A DNA stretch of 64,000 nt from Planctomycetota bacterium (GCA_965248445.1 CBDFJG010000004.1:1632001-1696000), one strand, 5' to 3'; shown: positions 1 to 9,834, numbered from the stretch's first letter. Notes: generated by a model from the letters alone, not told the origin. Numbers and translations are program-made.

Positions 1-408
1 GTACCAGTACGAACCGACCCAGGAGCCGAGCGTGACCGACCACTTCACCCAGGTCTCCGCCTGGAAGTCGCGGAAGAACGCGAGGTAGCCGATGTAGCAG
101 GCGATCGCGAACCCCAGCAGCCCCGCGAACGACTTGTCGGCCTCCTCCGGCGTCGTCTCGGTGTGGAGCTTCCCGTCCGCGCCGACGGTGATCTTCCCGT
201 GCGTGCCCTGCGCGCTCTTCTGCTGCGCGGCGCGTCTCGGCCGCGAGGGCGGCGGATCCGGCGCGTACACTGATCCCGAGCCGCCGCACATCGGGCAGCT
301 CTTGCGCACCTGACGGGTCTGGAACATGCCGCCGGCCGGATTGTGAATCCGTTCCGTGGTGTAGTAGCCGCCCGTGCCGTGGCAACTTCCGCAGGTCTTC
401 TGACCCAC
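1..408 (-). CDS. DnaJ-type Cys-rich zinc-finger membrane protein (3' end runs off the window)
   Basis: Not in the ORF track. GTG at 408 follows GGGAGG; translates MGQKTCGSCHGTGG...KSCPMCGGSG (two CxxCxGxG), then hydrophobic segments FAGLLGFAIACYIGYLAFF and WVKWSVTLGSW; open to position 1. Confidence 0.7.
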   Translation of the reverse strand, partial: MGQKTCGSCHGTGGYYTTERIHNPAGGMFQTRQVRKSCPMCGGSGSVYAPDPPPSRPRRAAQQKSAQGTHGKITVGADGKLHTETTPEEADKSFAGLLGFAIACYIGYLAFFRDFQAETWVKWSVTLGSWVGSYWY

Positions 409-449
409 CCTGGACCTCCCCGAAGGAGGATAGACGACGCGCGGCGGCA

Positions 450-1373
450 TCAGCCTCTCGTCACGGGCAGCTGCCCGGCCAGTTCGAAGTGCTCGTACCC
501 GTGCGCGAACGGTCGGCCGAACCACGCTTCGAAGCACGGCTGCTCGTCCGGCACGTAGCCGCTCTGCGGCAGCCACGTCCTGAACAACCAGTCGATCGCG
601 CGTTGTTCGAGGTCGATCGTGCCACGCACCTCCACCTCCGCCACACGCATGGCGGGGAACACGAGGCTGCCGACTTCGCCGTGTGGGACGACGTCGTCCA
701 CCACGACGGCCACGTCGTACCGGCAGTCCTCGAGCGCGACGATCTCGGGGTCTTCCCACATGTACCCCAACCACTGTCCGTCGGCGGCGCCGCGCGCTTC
801 GGCCCATGCGAGCAGGCGCTCGTACGCTTCGAGGACCCCGTGGCTCCCGAACGGGTTGAGCACGCGGACGTACGCGACTCTCCGTTCGGGTAGATCGCGT
901 AGCGTCACTTTGAATCCGTCGGGGTTCTCGCCCGGCTCGAGTCGCGAGGAGAGGTGGTGGCGCTCGGACTCGTTGACGCGACCCTCGAGGTCACCGCGCT
1001 TGTTGTCACGCCACGTCTGCAGATCGAACACGCTCGGCGGCACCCCGTAGCGCTGCTTGAAGCAGCGCGTGAAGTCCGACGACGACGAGAACCCGCACGC
1101 GAGTGCGATCTCGGTGAGCGAACGCTTCGGCGCGTGGGACATGAGGAACAGTGCACGTTCGAGGCGCAGCCGCTTGACGAACTGGTTGAGCGTCTCGCCA
1201 ACCAGCGTGCGGAACACGCGGTGGAAGTGGAACGGCGAGAAGTACGCCACTTCCGCCACGTCCTCGAGCCGCAGGGGTTCGTCGAGGTGGTTCACGATGT
1301 GGTCGATCGCGCGGTTCACACGCGCGGCGTAGCCGACGTTGGCGGGTTCGGCGGTTCGGTCGTCGATTAGCAA
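450..1373 (-). CDS. AraC-family transcriptional regulator with C-terminal GyrI-like effector domain
   Basis: AraC HTH motifs (LEDVAEVAYFSPFHFHRVF; LTEIALACGFSSSSDFTRCFKQRYGVPPS) plus GyrI-like C-terminus (CRYDVAV, WLFRTWLPQSGY, PCFE). Confidence 0.92.
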   Translation of the reverse strand: MLIDDRTAEPANVGYAARVNRAIDHIVNHLDEPLRLEDVAEVAYFSPFHFHRVFRTLVGETLNQFVKRLRLERALFLMSHAPKRSLTEIALACGFSSSSDFTRCFKQRYGVPPSVFDLQTWRDNKRGDLEGRVNESERHHLSSRLEPGENPDGFKVTLRDLPERRVAYVRVLNPFGSHGVLEAYERLLAWAEARGAADGQWLGYMWEDPEIVALEDCRYDVAVVVDDVVPHGEVGSLVFPAMRVAEVEVRGTIDLEQRAIDWLFRTWLPQSGYVPDEQPCFEAWFGRPFAHGYEHFELAGQLPVTRG

Positions 1374-1455
1374 GATCTGGAAAGCAGTCTAGTGACCGTT
1401 CTGGGACGCTGCCACTCGCGCGGACAGGACCGCGCGCCCCGGAGCACAACTCAAC

Positions 1456-1986
1456 ATGAAGCCACTACTCGCACTGTGCATCTTCGCTCTCGTAGCCTGC
1501 TCGGAGGCCGACGAGCCGGCCCCGGCCACGGCCGCTGTAACGACACAGCCCCCTGCGACGACATCGCCCCTGGTCACCCCTCCCGAAAGGACGAACACCA
1601 TGGAACTCGGCGCATTCTCCATCAGCCTCGCGGTCAAGGACCTCCCGACGTCGCGTGGGTTCTACGAGAAGCTCGGCTTCGAGTCGGTCATGGGCGAGCC
1701 GACCCAGAACTGGCTCATCCTGCGGAACGGCACGACCACGATCGGGCTCTTCCAGGGGATGTTCCCGAACAACATCATGACCTTCAACCCCGGCTGGTCG
1801 CCTGCCGCCGAACCCCTGCCGGAGTTCCAGGACGTGCGCGACATCCAGACCTCCCTCAAGGAGCAGGGTGTGGAGTTCGTCCAGGAGGCCGATCCCGAAA
1901 GCACCGGCGTCGCGAGCTTCGTGATCACCGATCCGGACGGCAACTCGATCCTGGTGGACCAGCACGTCCCGCGACCCGGCAACTGA
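1456..1986 (+). CDS. VOC/glyoxalase-family protein with N-terminal lipoprotein-like signal
   Basis: LVAC lipobox and Pro/Thr linker, then MELGAFSISLAVKDL..SRGFYEKLGF...SFVITDPDGNSILVDQH, typical of VOC proteins. Alternative start at the internal Met (1600). Confidence 0.85.
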   Translation: MKPLLALCIFALVACSEADEPAPATAAVTTQPPATTSPLVTPPERTNTMELGAFSISLAVKDLPTSRGFYEKLGFESVMGEPTQNWLILRNGTTTIGLFQGMFPNNIMTFNPGWSPAAEPLPEFQDVRDIQTSLKEQGVEFVQEADPESTGVASFVITDPDGNSILVDQHVPRPGN

Positions 1987-2180
1987 CCGCCACCTCCCGC
2001 CGCCGCGGGAATGCTCGCAACTTCCGCGGTCGCTTCCGTCATGGAGGGGTGCACCCCTTCGACGGCGAATTCGCAGTCAGCGACGTGACCCCCTGGTTCA
2101 TTGCGGCGAACTGACAGCCAAGATCGGGGGTTGAACCGACTGACGGCGCCCGACGGGTGTCCAACGGGAGGACGAGAACG

Positions 2181-3422
2181 ATGCGAGCAGCAACAGCAGC
2201 CGTCGTGGCCGCGATCGTGTTCGCCGCACTGGCGGCGATGTACGCATACCAGACGCATACCGCGGCCGCCGATGCGGTCCGAACGAGCGACGCCGCGCGG
2301 ACTCGGGAGGCCGCAGGTCTGACCGACCGCACGAGCGACCTCGAACGGGAGCTCGCGAGCCGGAATCGACGCGTCCAGCGGGCCGAGGGCGACGCCGCGG
2401 CACTGCGGAGGCAGCTTGCGGCGGCGAAGGCCGACCTCGCGACGGCGACGGAGCAGCTCGCGGCGCTCACGGCAGATGCGGAGCCTCCCGTGGTCGCGAA
2501 CCGTCGCTACCCCGCCTTTCTCCCGGAGGGTCTCGAAGAGGCCCTGGCGGACATCGACTGGGACGTCGTCGGGACGAGCATGTCGAGCATGCCGCCCCTG
2601 ATCTCCGAGCTCGCCGCCGCCCTTGCGGACGGGCGCGCGAAGTCGGACTTGCCGGCCGAGACGATCGGTGCGATCCAGCGCCACAACGGACCCATTCTCG
2701 CGGCGGCGATGAAGCTCGCGCAGCGCGACATCGCGGGGAAAGAAGTGAACAGCGCATTCACCCATCCCGGCTTTGTGTCGAATGCGCTGGCCGCAGCCCT
2801 GGATGCGCTGGAGCTGCCGCTCACGGATGAGCAGCAGGCGGCGCTCGAACGCATCACACACGACTACTCGGCGCGCGAGACGCGGCGGGTCGCGGCGTAC
2901 GACGACGCGACATACGTCCTCGAGGAGTTCGTCGATGAGTCGCTCCTCAAGCACGCGTACTACGCCGAGGTCTACCGCGTGCTCACGAAGGAGCAGCACG
3001 ACGCGATACGTCCGGAGTCCGTGCGCGGCCGCACGAAACTCGACATCTTCGGCCGCGGCCTCGTCTGGACCGGGCGTGCGGGACCGGTCCTCAGTTCCGA
3101 TCGGGAGGAACTCGCCGCGAAGGTCACCGAGTGGGTGACCCGCCGCGGCGGCATTGCGGACGACCAGCGGGAGCACGCGCAGGAGATCGTCGGCGCGTGG
3201 GCGGAAGACCTCCCGGAGGCGTTCGTCGCCTGGGAGCCGGATGCTCTCGTGAAGGCCGGGATGCTGCAGGCCGAACACGTGGAGGACAGCGGCGCGCGCG
3301 TCCTCGCGCTCCTGCGCACGCTCGACACCGAGCTCGAACTCGACGACGCCGGCCACAAGCGCCTGCGCGCGGTGCCGGGCACGGTCGTCGTCTACATGCG
3401 ACCGGCCCCGGACGACAGCTAG
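2181..3422 (+). CDS. Hypothetical protein with N-terminal membrane anchor and coiled coil
   Basis: ATG at 2181 after GGGAGG; hydrophobic N-terminus, heptad-like Ala/Leu-rich stretch, high-GC3 codon usage. Confidence 0.75.
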   Translation: MRAATAAVVAAIVFAALAAMYAYQTHTAAADAVRTSDAARTREAAGLTDRTSDLERELASRNRRVQRAEGDAAALRRQLAAAKADLATATEQLAALTADAEPPVVANRRYPAFLPEGLEEALADIDWDVVGTSMSSMPPLISELAAALADGRAKSDLPAETIGAIQRHNGPILAAAMKLAQRDIAGKEVNSAFTHPGFVSNALAAALDALELPLTDEQQAALERITHDYSARETRRVAAYDDATYVLEEFVDESLLKHAYYAEVYRVLTKEQHDAIRPESVRGRTKLDIFGRGLVWTGRAGPVLSSDREELAAKVTEWVTRRGGIADDQREHAQEIVGAWAEDLPEAFVAWEPDALVKAGMLQAEHVEDSGARVLALLRTLDTELELDDAGHKRLRAVPGTVVVYMRPAPDDS

Positions 3423-3556
3423 GTAGTCGCCGCAGCAACGGAACGAGCGCAGCGAGCGACGACGCCGAGACGCGCAGCGTCGAAGGCTCAGCAGAGCGAG
3501 GGCGAGGTCGCGTAGCGACCGAAGCAACCTGGGACCAGCCCCGCGACTCGTCTGTG

Positions 3557-3633
3557 TGGTAGGCCGGCCAGGACTCGAACCTGGGACCAAGGGATTATGA
3601 GTCCCCTGCTCTGACCAACTGAGCTACCGGCCC
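3557..3633 (-). tRNA. tRNA with CAT anticodon, most likely tRNA-Ile2 (lysidine, reads AUA)
   Basis: GGGCCGGTAGCTCAGTTGGTCAGAGCAGGGGACTCATAATCCCTTGGTCCCAGGTTCGAGTCCTGGCCGGCCTACCA: cloverleaf, GTTCGA T-loop, encoded CCA. The anticodon arm resembles Ile2 rather than initiator Met. Confidence 0.88.
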
Positions 3634-3779
3634 ACCGTGTTGCACGCCAAGCACTTACGGCGTTCGTCAGGTGCACCTGCGGACGCGCGGCTACTTCCCG
3701 GGCTACTTGTCGCCCTCGATCTCGGCACGCAGCGGCGCAGAGGCTATCCGTGCCGCGGGGCGAGTCCGAGTCCGTTCGC
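3634..3779 (-). repeat. tRNA upstream module, copy 1 (near-identical to 34344-34496)
   Basis: Direct alignment of the two regions; contains a GGCTACTT direct repeat and a TAGCCT hexamer on the minus strand. Confidence 0.9.
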
Positions 3780-3816
3780 TACTCAGGTCCGACGTTGAGC
3801 GACTTATCGCAGCCGA

Positions 3817-4326
3817 TCAGCGGACCATCTCGCCAAGGCTGGCGAACCGAAGCATGTGTGCTTGTCCTGCATGGAGGGCGTACTCGTCGATCATCTTCAC
3901 CAATGCCGCCCCCAGCGGCCATCCGTGACCGGGCCCCTTCGTATCAATGGAGGCGATCTCCTTGATGACAGCGTCCGATTTCTCGACCTCGGCGAGATAC
4001 CCACGCAGGTCCTCGTCGATCGTCTCGACTGATCCACCGGCATAGTCCTCCTCCCCGCAGACCATCACCAGCTCACCACCGCCCATGCCCCGACTGAGAT
4101 AGAAGTGCTCCATCTGCGTCATGTGACGGACCAACCCCAGCACAGAGAGCTCCACCGGGGGCACTGAAAACGCGACGAGTCCTTCGGGCGTCAGGTCACG
4201 CAGCTTGCGGAGGAACTCGTGCCGCTGAAAGCGGAGCCATCCTTCCAGGTACTGACGAAGATCGCTGCTCGGCTCCGGCTGCTCCCATGCGGAGAGATCA
4301 AGGCCGCTCAAGATCTCGATCGACAT
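3817..4326 (-). CDS. DinB/DUF664-like protein
   Basis: LSVLGLVRHMTQMEHFY and MIDEYALHAGQAHMLR match the DinB metal-binding His pattern. ATG 4326 lies 7 nt after TAGTGT (leaderless); the ORF track uses GTG 4335. Confidence 0.8.
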   Translation of the reverse strand: MSIEILSGLDLSAWEQPEPSSDLRQYLEGWLRFQRHEFLRKLRDLTPEGLVAFSVPPVELSVLGLVRHMTQMEHFYLSRGMGGGELVMVCGEEDYAGGSVETIDEDLRGYLAEVEKSDAVIKEIASIDTKGPGHGWPLGAALVKMIDEYALHAGQAHMLRFASLGEMVR

Positions 4327-4616
4327 GCGCGGCACACTAGTCCTCAGCCGTCAGTGACACAATCGAGTTGACCCGCTTCGGTGGACAGTCGGGTGCTTGC
4401 GGTCATGAGGGCGGGCCTGTCGTGCTGCTTCTCGTCACGACAGCCAAGAGGTGAACGGCCGAAATCACGGCCGTGCCGGTCCAGTTCTTCCACCACATGT
4501 TCAGCAGCACACCAATCAGCAGAGCGCCCCTCACCAGAGGGGCGCGCGCGTGCGGTATGCTGCGGGGCGAGCCCGACCCCTCCTGGAACCGCGATGCGAT
4601 CCACCCTACTCCGCCT

Positions 4617-6148
4617 GTACCCGTTCAGCCCTTGGTTCTGAGCTCGGATCCAGATCGCTTTCCGTTCGGTCGATGAATCGGATGTGGGCACCGATGAGCT
4701 GCGTGATCTGGTCGAGCGCCTGACCCGTCGTCTGGACGCTCGGGACGAGACGATTGCCGAGCAGGCGGAGGTGATCGAGCGGCAGGCGGCACGGATCGAC
4801 GATCTCGAGAGCCGTCTTCGCCGGGACTCCCGCACCTCCTCGCGCCCACCGTCCTCGGATCCGTCGTGGTCCAAGAAGCGGCGGCGGCGCAAGCCGCCGT
4901 CGGACAAGCGCCAGGGTGCGCAGCCCGGCCACAAAGGGGCGACGCGCAAGCTCGTGGACGAGTCCGAGGTCGATGGCGTAGAGGACCACCGCCCGCGCGA
5001 GTGCAGCGCGTGTGGGAGCGACGTGCTCGTCCCGATCGATCGCGCCCCGACACGCCAGCAGGTCTTCGAGGTCCCGCCACGGCTGATCCAGGTGACCGAG
5101 CACCGGTTGCACCGGGCACGGTGCACGGACTGTGGCGCCACGTCCACTGCCTCGCTGCCAAGCGGTGTGACGGCGAGTCCCTTCGGCCCGCGACTCTGTG
5201 CGCTCACCGCGGCTCTGGTCGGCGTCTTCCGCCTGTCGCGGCGCGAGACCAGTCGTCTGTTGCGTGACGTCATCGGCGTCTCGATGTCACCGGGCACGGT
5301 CAGTGCGATCGAGGAGCGGGTGTCGGGAGCCATCTCCTCAGCGCACATCGAGGCCCTCGGGGCCGTACGCACGAGCAGCGTCGCCTATGTAGACGAGACA
5401 CCGTGGTCGCGTCGTGGCACGCTGCATTGGCTGTGGAGCGCGGTCTGTGAGCACGCCACGGTCCATCGTATCGATCGGCGCAGGAGCGCCAAGGCCATGC
5501 GGCGACTCGTGGGCAAGCGCTTCAGGGGCGTCCTCGTGACCGACCGTATGGGCGCTTACGACCAGCATCCCACCGAGCGCCGCCAGATCTGCTGGGCGCA
5601 TCTCGAGAGGGACTTTCGAGCGCTGGCCGAGGGCTCGCGCGGCGGCCGGCGCTTCGGCAAGCAGGCCGTGCGTCTCGCCCAGGCTGTCATGCGAGCTCAG
5701 CGTCACTTCGGCGAGCACGGGGACCGCGACCGCATGCGGCGTGAGCTGCGTCTCACATGGGACCGACTCCTGACGCTGCTCGTGCGCGGCGCAGACAGCA
5801 AGCACCGCCGAGTACGCGGAACGACTCGGCATCTGCTCGACCGAGCGGAGGCTCTGTGGACCTTCGCCGACGTCCCTGGCGTCTCCCCGACGAACAACGC
5901 CGCTGAGCGCGCGGTGCGCAAGCCGGTCCTGTGGAGACGCGCAACGCACGGAAGTCAGAGCGAGCGCGGACTCCGCTTCGTCGAGCGCATCCTGACCGTC
6001 ACCGCCACGCTCCGCCAGCGTGGCGAGAGCGTCTTCGATTACCTCGCAGACGTCAGCGCGGCACTCGCGCACAACCGCTCGCCGCCGGCTCTCGTCGCGC
6101 TCCCGATCACGCGCTGAGGCCGCGGATCGTCATACCCTGAACGGGTAC
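4617..6148 (+). mobile_element. IS66-family element (single-ORF type), family A, complete copy
   Basis: Terminal IR GTACCCGTTCAG / CTGAACGGGTAC. No 8-bp target duplication (CTCCGCCT vs CGCTACGC). Confidence 0.9.
4684..6117 (+). CDS. IS66-family transposase (TnpC-like)
   Basis: Coiled-coil N-terminus with SSRPPSSD, GAQPGHKG, CxxC ribbon, VDETPW, QICWAHL, PTNNAAERAVR. Confidence 0.95.
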   Translation: MGTDELRDLVERLTRRLDARDETIAEQAEVIERQAARIDDLESRLRRDSRTSSRPPSSDPSWSKKRRRRKPPSDKRQGAQPGHKGATRKLVDESEVDGVEDHRPRECSACGSDVLVPIDRAPTRQQVFEVPPRLIQVTEHRLHRARCTDCGATSTASLPSGVTASPFGPRLCALTAALVGVFRLSRRETSRLLRDVIGVSMSPGTVSAIEERVSGAISSAHIEALGAVRTSSVAYVDETPWSRRGTLHWLWSAVCEHATVHRIDRRRSAKAMRRLVGKRFRGVLVTDRMGAYDQHPTERRQICWAHLERDFRALAEGSRGGRRFGKQAVRLAQAVMRAQRHFGEHGDRDRMRRELRLTWDRLLTLLVRGADSKHRRVRGTTRHLLDRAEALWTFADVPGVSPTNNAAERAVRKPVLWRRATHGSQSERGLRFVERILTVTATLRQRGESVFDYLADVSAALAHNRSPPALVALPITR

Positions 6149-6368
6149 CGCTACGCGACCCCCGCGCCACGCCTCGCTCGCTCTAACGCAACAAGTGCAG
6201 CATCGCTGCTCCCGCTACGGAAGCCGTTGTTCACGGCCGCTCCTCGTCCGCTGACACGCGGACTTGGGTCGCGGGCGTTCGCTCGCACCGCTCGGCGCGG
6301 CGCTCCCTCACAGGGCGGGGCGCTGCCCCGCCCGCGAACTCGTCGGGGACGTCGCGGTGCTCCCGGCG

Positions 6369-6647
6369 CTAGCTGTCGTCTGACAGCTCGGTCAGCACTT
6401 CGTTCGTTCCGGTCACGCTGCGCCGCCCGTTGACGAACAGCACGAGATGCGGCACGCCGCCGATTCCGTGCTGCTTGGCGATGGGAGCCCGCTTCGGATC
6501 GCGAATCACGATCTTGCGCAGGTAGACGTCGTCGTGCTCTCTCGCGTGAGCCTCCAACTGAGGCTTCAACTCCCGGCAGGCGGGTCACCAGTCGGCTACG
6601 TACGCGAACACGGTCCGCCCGTGCGGCACCGCGCACGAGTCGAGCAC
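6369..6647 (-). CDS. Thioredoxin-like selenoprotein (UxxC: W-U-P-A-C); true start uncertain
   Basis: Frame reads ...GRTVFAYVADW-TGA-PACRELKPQLEAHAREHDDVYLRKIVI...IAKQHGIGGVPHLVLFVNG. TGA (6585-6587) sits at the first Cys of the Trx CxxC, followed by a SECIS-like hairpin. Frame is open upstream to 6827. Confidence 0.8.
6547..6568 (-). promoter_or_regulatory. Putative bacterial SECIS element
   Basis: TGAAGCCTC-AGTTG-GAGGCTCA hairpin; loop starts 25 nt after the UGA, with G at loop position 2. Confidence 0.65.
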
Positions 6648-6805
6648 GAGAGCCTCGCCCTTGCTGATGGTCGCGACGGCGGCGCGGCTGGCCGGGTCCG
6701 CGTCACGACACTCTGCCCGAAGAGGCCGAGGCGCTCGCGACAGTGCTGCGCACGCGTCCCTTGCCGGCCACCGTCGAACTCGTTTCAGAGAGGTAGGGAC
6801 ACACG

Positions 6806-7242
6806 ATGCCGCGACGCGAGTATCGGGCTAGTGACGGCGACAGCGTGCTTGGCGTCGAGTGGTCAGGAAAGTGGGAGGACGTCCGGGTGACGCTCGACGG
6901 GGCGGAGATCGGGCAGATCTCCACGGAGCGCGAACTCGACCGCGGGAAGTCGTTCGAGACCCCATCCGGCGGGAGCGTGCGCGTCAAACTCCTGCGCGGT
7001 ATCGCCGCGAGGGACTTCGAGGTGCGCCTCGACGGGCGGTTGGCCGAGGGCTCGCCCAGCGACGCCGGCTCGCTGGTCAAGCTCTGCGGTGTCGATACGG
7101 CAGCATCAGCGTCAAGGAGATCCTGGTTCATGTCCCGGTGATCGGGCTGTTCACACTAGGCTTCACGGCGATATCGAAGTTGAAGGCGAAACCGGATACG
7201 GCGGCGGCCCGTAGGCGCCGGCGCCGCACCCGACGAACGTAG
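6806..7242 (+). pseudogene. Hypothetical membrane-associated protein, frameshifted or internally deleted
   Basis: Coding-like N-part (VEWSGKWEDVRVTLDG...GSPSD) in one frame; hydrophobic C-part (EILVHVPVIGLFTLGFTAI) in another frame after ~7095. Confidence 0.5.
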
Positions 7243-7280
7243 CGCGGGGGTCGCGTAGCGAGCCGCGTGACGCGACGCAG

Positions 7281-9785
7281 TCAGTACTCGAAATCGAGCA
7301 GGTTCTCGATGTCGGTGCGCCAGGCTTCGCCGAACGTCAGGACGAGCAGTTCCTTGATCAGCGCGCTCTCGTCGCTGAGGAGAACTGCCTTGCCGCGTCC
7401 GGCTTCGGCCGTCTCGCGGTAGCGGTCGAAGAACGGGCTGTTCCACGAAGAGAGGTCGTCGCGCTTCTTGCGTGCCTTGATGTCGATCGAGACGCGCTTC
7501 GTGTCGGTGTACAGCGCGTGCAGGACCGCGTTGTTCTCCTTCGTGCAGAACTTCTTGATCGTCGCGATGAACGTGTCGTGGTACTCGGGATGGTGTGGCG
7601 CGTCGCCAGCGTAGACGACGACCTTGTGTGCCTGCGGGCGCCAGTCGAGCTTCTCCATTGCGTTACGCGTCGTCTCGAACACCGCCTCCGGCAGGTCGCC
7701 GCCTTGGCCGTGGACGCAGTTCTGCAGGAAACCCGGAAGCTTCCAAGTGTCGTACGTGAGCGGTGTGCCGTACCAGACGTACGTGTCGCCGTAGTCGCGG
7801 TACGTGAACACCGACACACGAAGACTGGGCAGCAGACCGTTCAGCTCGTGGATGATCTCGCCCGTGCGCTCCTTGGCCGCCCGGATGAGCGCTGCCATCG
7901 AGTACGTCGAGTCGAACAGCAGCGCGATGTCGAGGCCCTTCCACTTGAGGTCGCGCGCGGCTTCGGACAGCTTGCCCGTGATGGCGGCGCGCGCCCGTCC
8001 TCCGCGCTTCGGTAGGGCTCCGTCGCGGCCCTCCCACCACTTCCTCCAGCGCTTGATCGCTCCGGCGCGCTCGTTGCCGGCGCCGTCCGCCTGGAACTCC
8101 TGCGAGGTCTCTCCGATCGTCTGGAGCGCGAGGTTCGCGCGGCGGCGCTGCTCTTCCAGCGCGCTGCCGAGCCCTGCGATCAGTGCTGGTACGGCGTGCG
8201 GTGGGCGGACGGCGTCCAGGCACTCGCGTGCGGCCTTCTCGAGGCGCGGCAGCTTGGTGTCGAGGTAGAGGCCGACGACTTGCCGCGACGGCGTCTCGGC
8301 GAGTTCGAAGTCGCCCGACTGAGTGAGCCGAGCGAGCGCGAGACACGCGTTCGTCCTCACGCCGAAGTCGCGGTCGTGCAGACGACCGACGACCACGTCG
8401 AGGACGTCATCCGGAACAGGATGGTGGGCCAGCGACGCAAGCGCCTGCTCGCGCACGCCGTAGTCCGCATCCTTGAGAGACCTCGCGAGGGCCCGTAGCA
8501 CGCCGTCCTCGGTCGTCCGGTATCGGAGCGTCCGGATCGCCATGACGCGCACCATGTACTTCCCGTCGCGCGTGGCGGTGATCAGGCCGGCGGTCGCCTC
8601 GGGGTGATGGATGCCGTCGAGAGCGCGCAGCGCGCCGATGCGGATCTCGCCGGCCTTGTCTCTGAGCGCCTTTCGCAACGCCTTCGCCGACTCCCCGCCG
8701 CCGATGCGGCCGAGCGCCATCACCGAGTTCTGGCGCACGCCGTGCTGACTGTCGCCGAGTCCCTTTGCGAGCTTGCCGACGAGTTCCGGCAGCGCCGCCC
8801 ACCCAGCGCCGTAGCTGCCCGCCACGCGGACCTCGTTCTTGTTGTGCGAGATCGCAGAGGAGAGTTTCGGGTGCACGACGCCGCTTTCCGCGGCGCGGCG
8901 ACCGAGTCCCTCGGCGGCTCCCATGCGTAGGAACGACTTCTTGCTCCACGGCTTCTTGGCGAGCAGGGCCGCTACGAGGATCTTCTCGGCCTCCTTGGAG
9001 TCCGCGCGCGCGAGCGAGAGTCCGATGAGGTACTGCTCGTAGCGGTCGCCGTTGTCCTCGATGTTGGTCGAGTCGACCCGCACCTCGTCCTTTGTGTCCA
9101 CGAGCTCCTTCACGGCCTTCAGGAGCGTCTCGACGGCGGCCTCGTCGCCGAGGGCGGCAAGTGAGCCGAGCGCTTCGTAGCGAATGTCGAGTTCGTTGTC
9201 CTCCGACAGCGCGCGGAGACGCCCCGCGGCCTTGTCGGTGACGAGTGCGCCGAGCGCGCGCGTCGCGGCGAGACGGACGCCGACGTCCTCCTCCCGCGAG
9301 GCCTCGAGCAGCACTTCGACGGAAGTGGGTGCGCGGATCTCGCCGAGTGCGAGAACGCATTGCCGGCGCAGTTCGATGAACTTCTTCTCCGCGCGGTACG
9401 CGTCGGCGAGGGCCGCCGCTTCCTCCGTACCGCCGACGATTGCGAGGCATGACGCACTGAACGCACGTGTCTCCCAGTCGAGCTCCTCGAGACCGATCAG
9501 CAGGGCGGGGATCGAGTCCTTGCCGTGCACGACCAGATCGTCTCGGAGCGACGACCAAACGCGGAAGTCACGGTCGCGGAATCCGTCCACGAGTGCGATC
9601 GACGCCTTCGCGGAAGCGGGCAGGTTCTCGCGGCGTTCTTCGAGCTCGAGCTTCTTGCGGCGCTCGACGACCGCGGGGTCTTCGGGCTTCTCGCCCTCAG
9701 AGCCCTTCTCGTCCTGCGCGAGTACCGCGGGGGACGAAAGCACGAGGGCTGCGATCAGGGCAATCCGAACGAGTCCATGACGCAT
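7281..9785 (-). CDS. Secreted HEAT-repeat protein with C-terminal von Willebrand A domain
   Basis: Signal peptide (AVLA/QD); many PBS/HEAT repeats (VRLAATRALG, VRQNSVMALGRIG); vWA MIDAS-like LDIALLFDSTYSM, YRDY, GGDLPEAV, GDAPHH. Confidence 0.88.
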   Translation of the reverse strand: MRHGLVRIALIAALVLSSPAVLAQDEKGSEGEKPEDPAVVERRKKLELEERRENLPASAKASIALVDGFRDRDFRVWSSLRDDLVVHGKDSIPALLIGLEELDWETRAFSASCLAIVGGTEEAAALADAYRAEKKFIELRRQCVLALGEIRAPTSVEVLLEASREEDVGVRLAATRALGALVTDKAAGRLRALSEDNELDIRYEALGSLAALGDEAAVETLLKAVKELVDTKDEVRVDSTNIEDNGDRYEQYLIGLSLARADSKEAEKILVAALLAKKPWSKKSFLRMGAAEGLGRRAAESGVVHPKLSSAISHNKNEVRVAGSYGAGWAALPELVGKLAKGLGDSQHGVRQNSVMALGRIGGGESAKALRKALRDKAGEIRIGALRALDGIHHPEATAGLITATRDGKYMVRVMAIRTLRYRTTEDGVLRALARSLKDADYGVREQALASLAHHPVPDDVLDVVVGRLHDRDFGVRTNACLALARLTQSGDFELAETPSRQVVGLYLDTKLPRLEKAARECLDAVRPPHAVPALIAGLGSALEEQRRRANLALQTIGETSQEFQADGAGNERAGAIKRWRKWWEGRDGALPKRGGRARAAITGKLSEAARDLKWKGLDIALLFDSTYSMAALIRAAKERTGEIIHELNGLLPSLRVSVFTYRDYGDTYVWYGTPLTYDTWKLPGFLQNCVHGQGGDLPEAVFETTRNAMEKLDWRPQAHKVVVYAGDAPHHPEYHDTFIATIKKFCTKENNAVLHALYTDTKRVSIDIKARKKRDDLSSWNSPFFDRYRETAEAGRGKAVLLSDESALIKELLVLTFGEAWRTDIENLLDFEY

Positions 9786-9834
9786 GGTTCCGACTCTACT
9801 GGACAGCCGGTCGGGCGCTGGTGTTCCGCCGGTC

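Noticed and set aside
1662..3590. Long antisense ORFs (for example 1662-3590, 13690-15654, 45784-47181)
   Set aside because: Shadow frames of real genes, expected in high-GC DNA; Arg/Pro-rich with no motifs.
3557..3633. tRNA-fMet or tRNA-Sec assignment
   Set aside because: No C1:A72 mismatch or three consecutive G-C pairs next to the anticodon loop as in initiators; the anticodon is CAT, not TCA. No selC is seen in the window.
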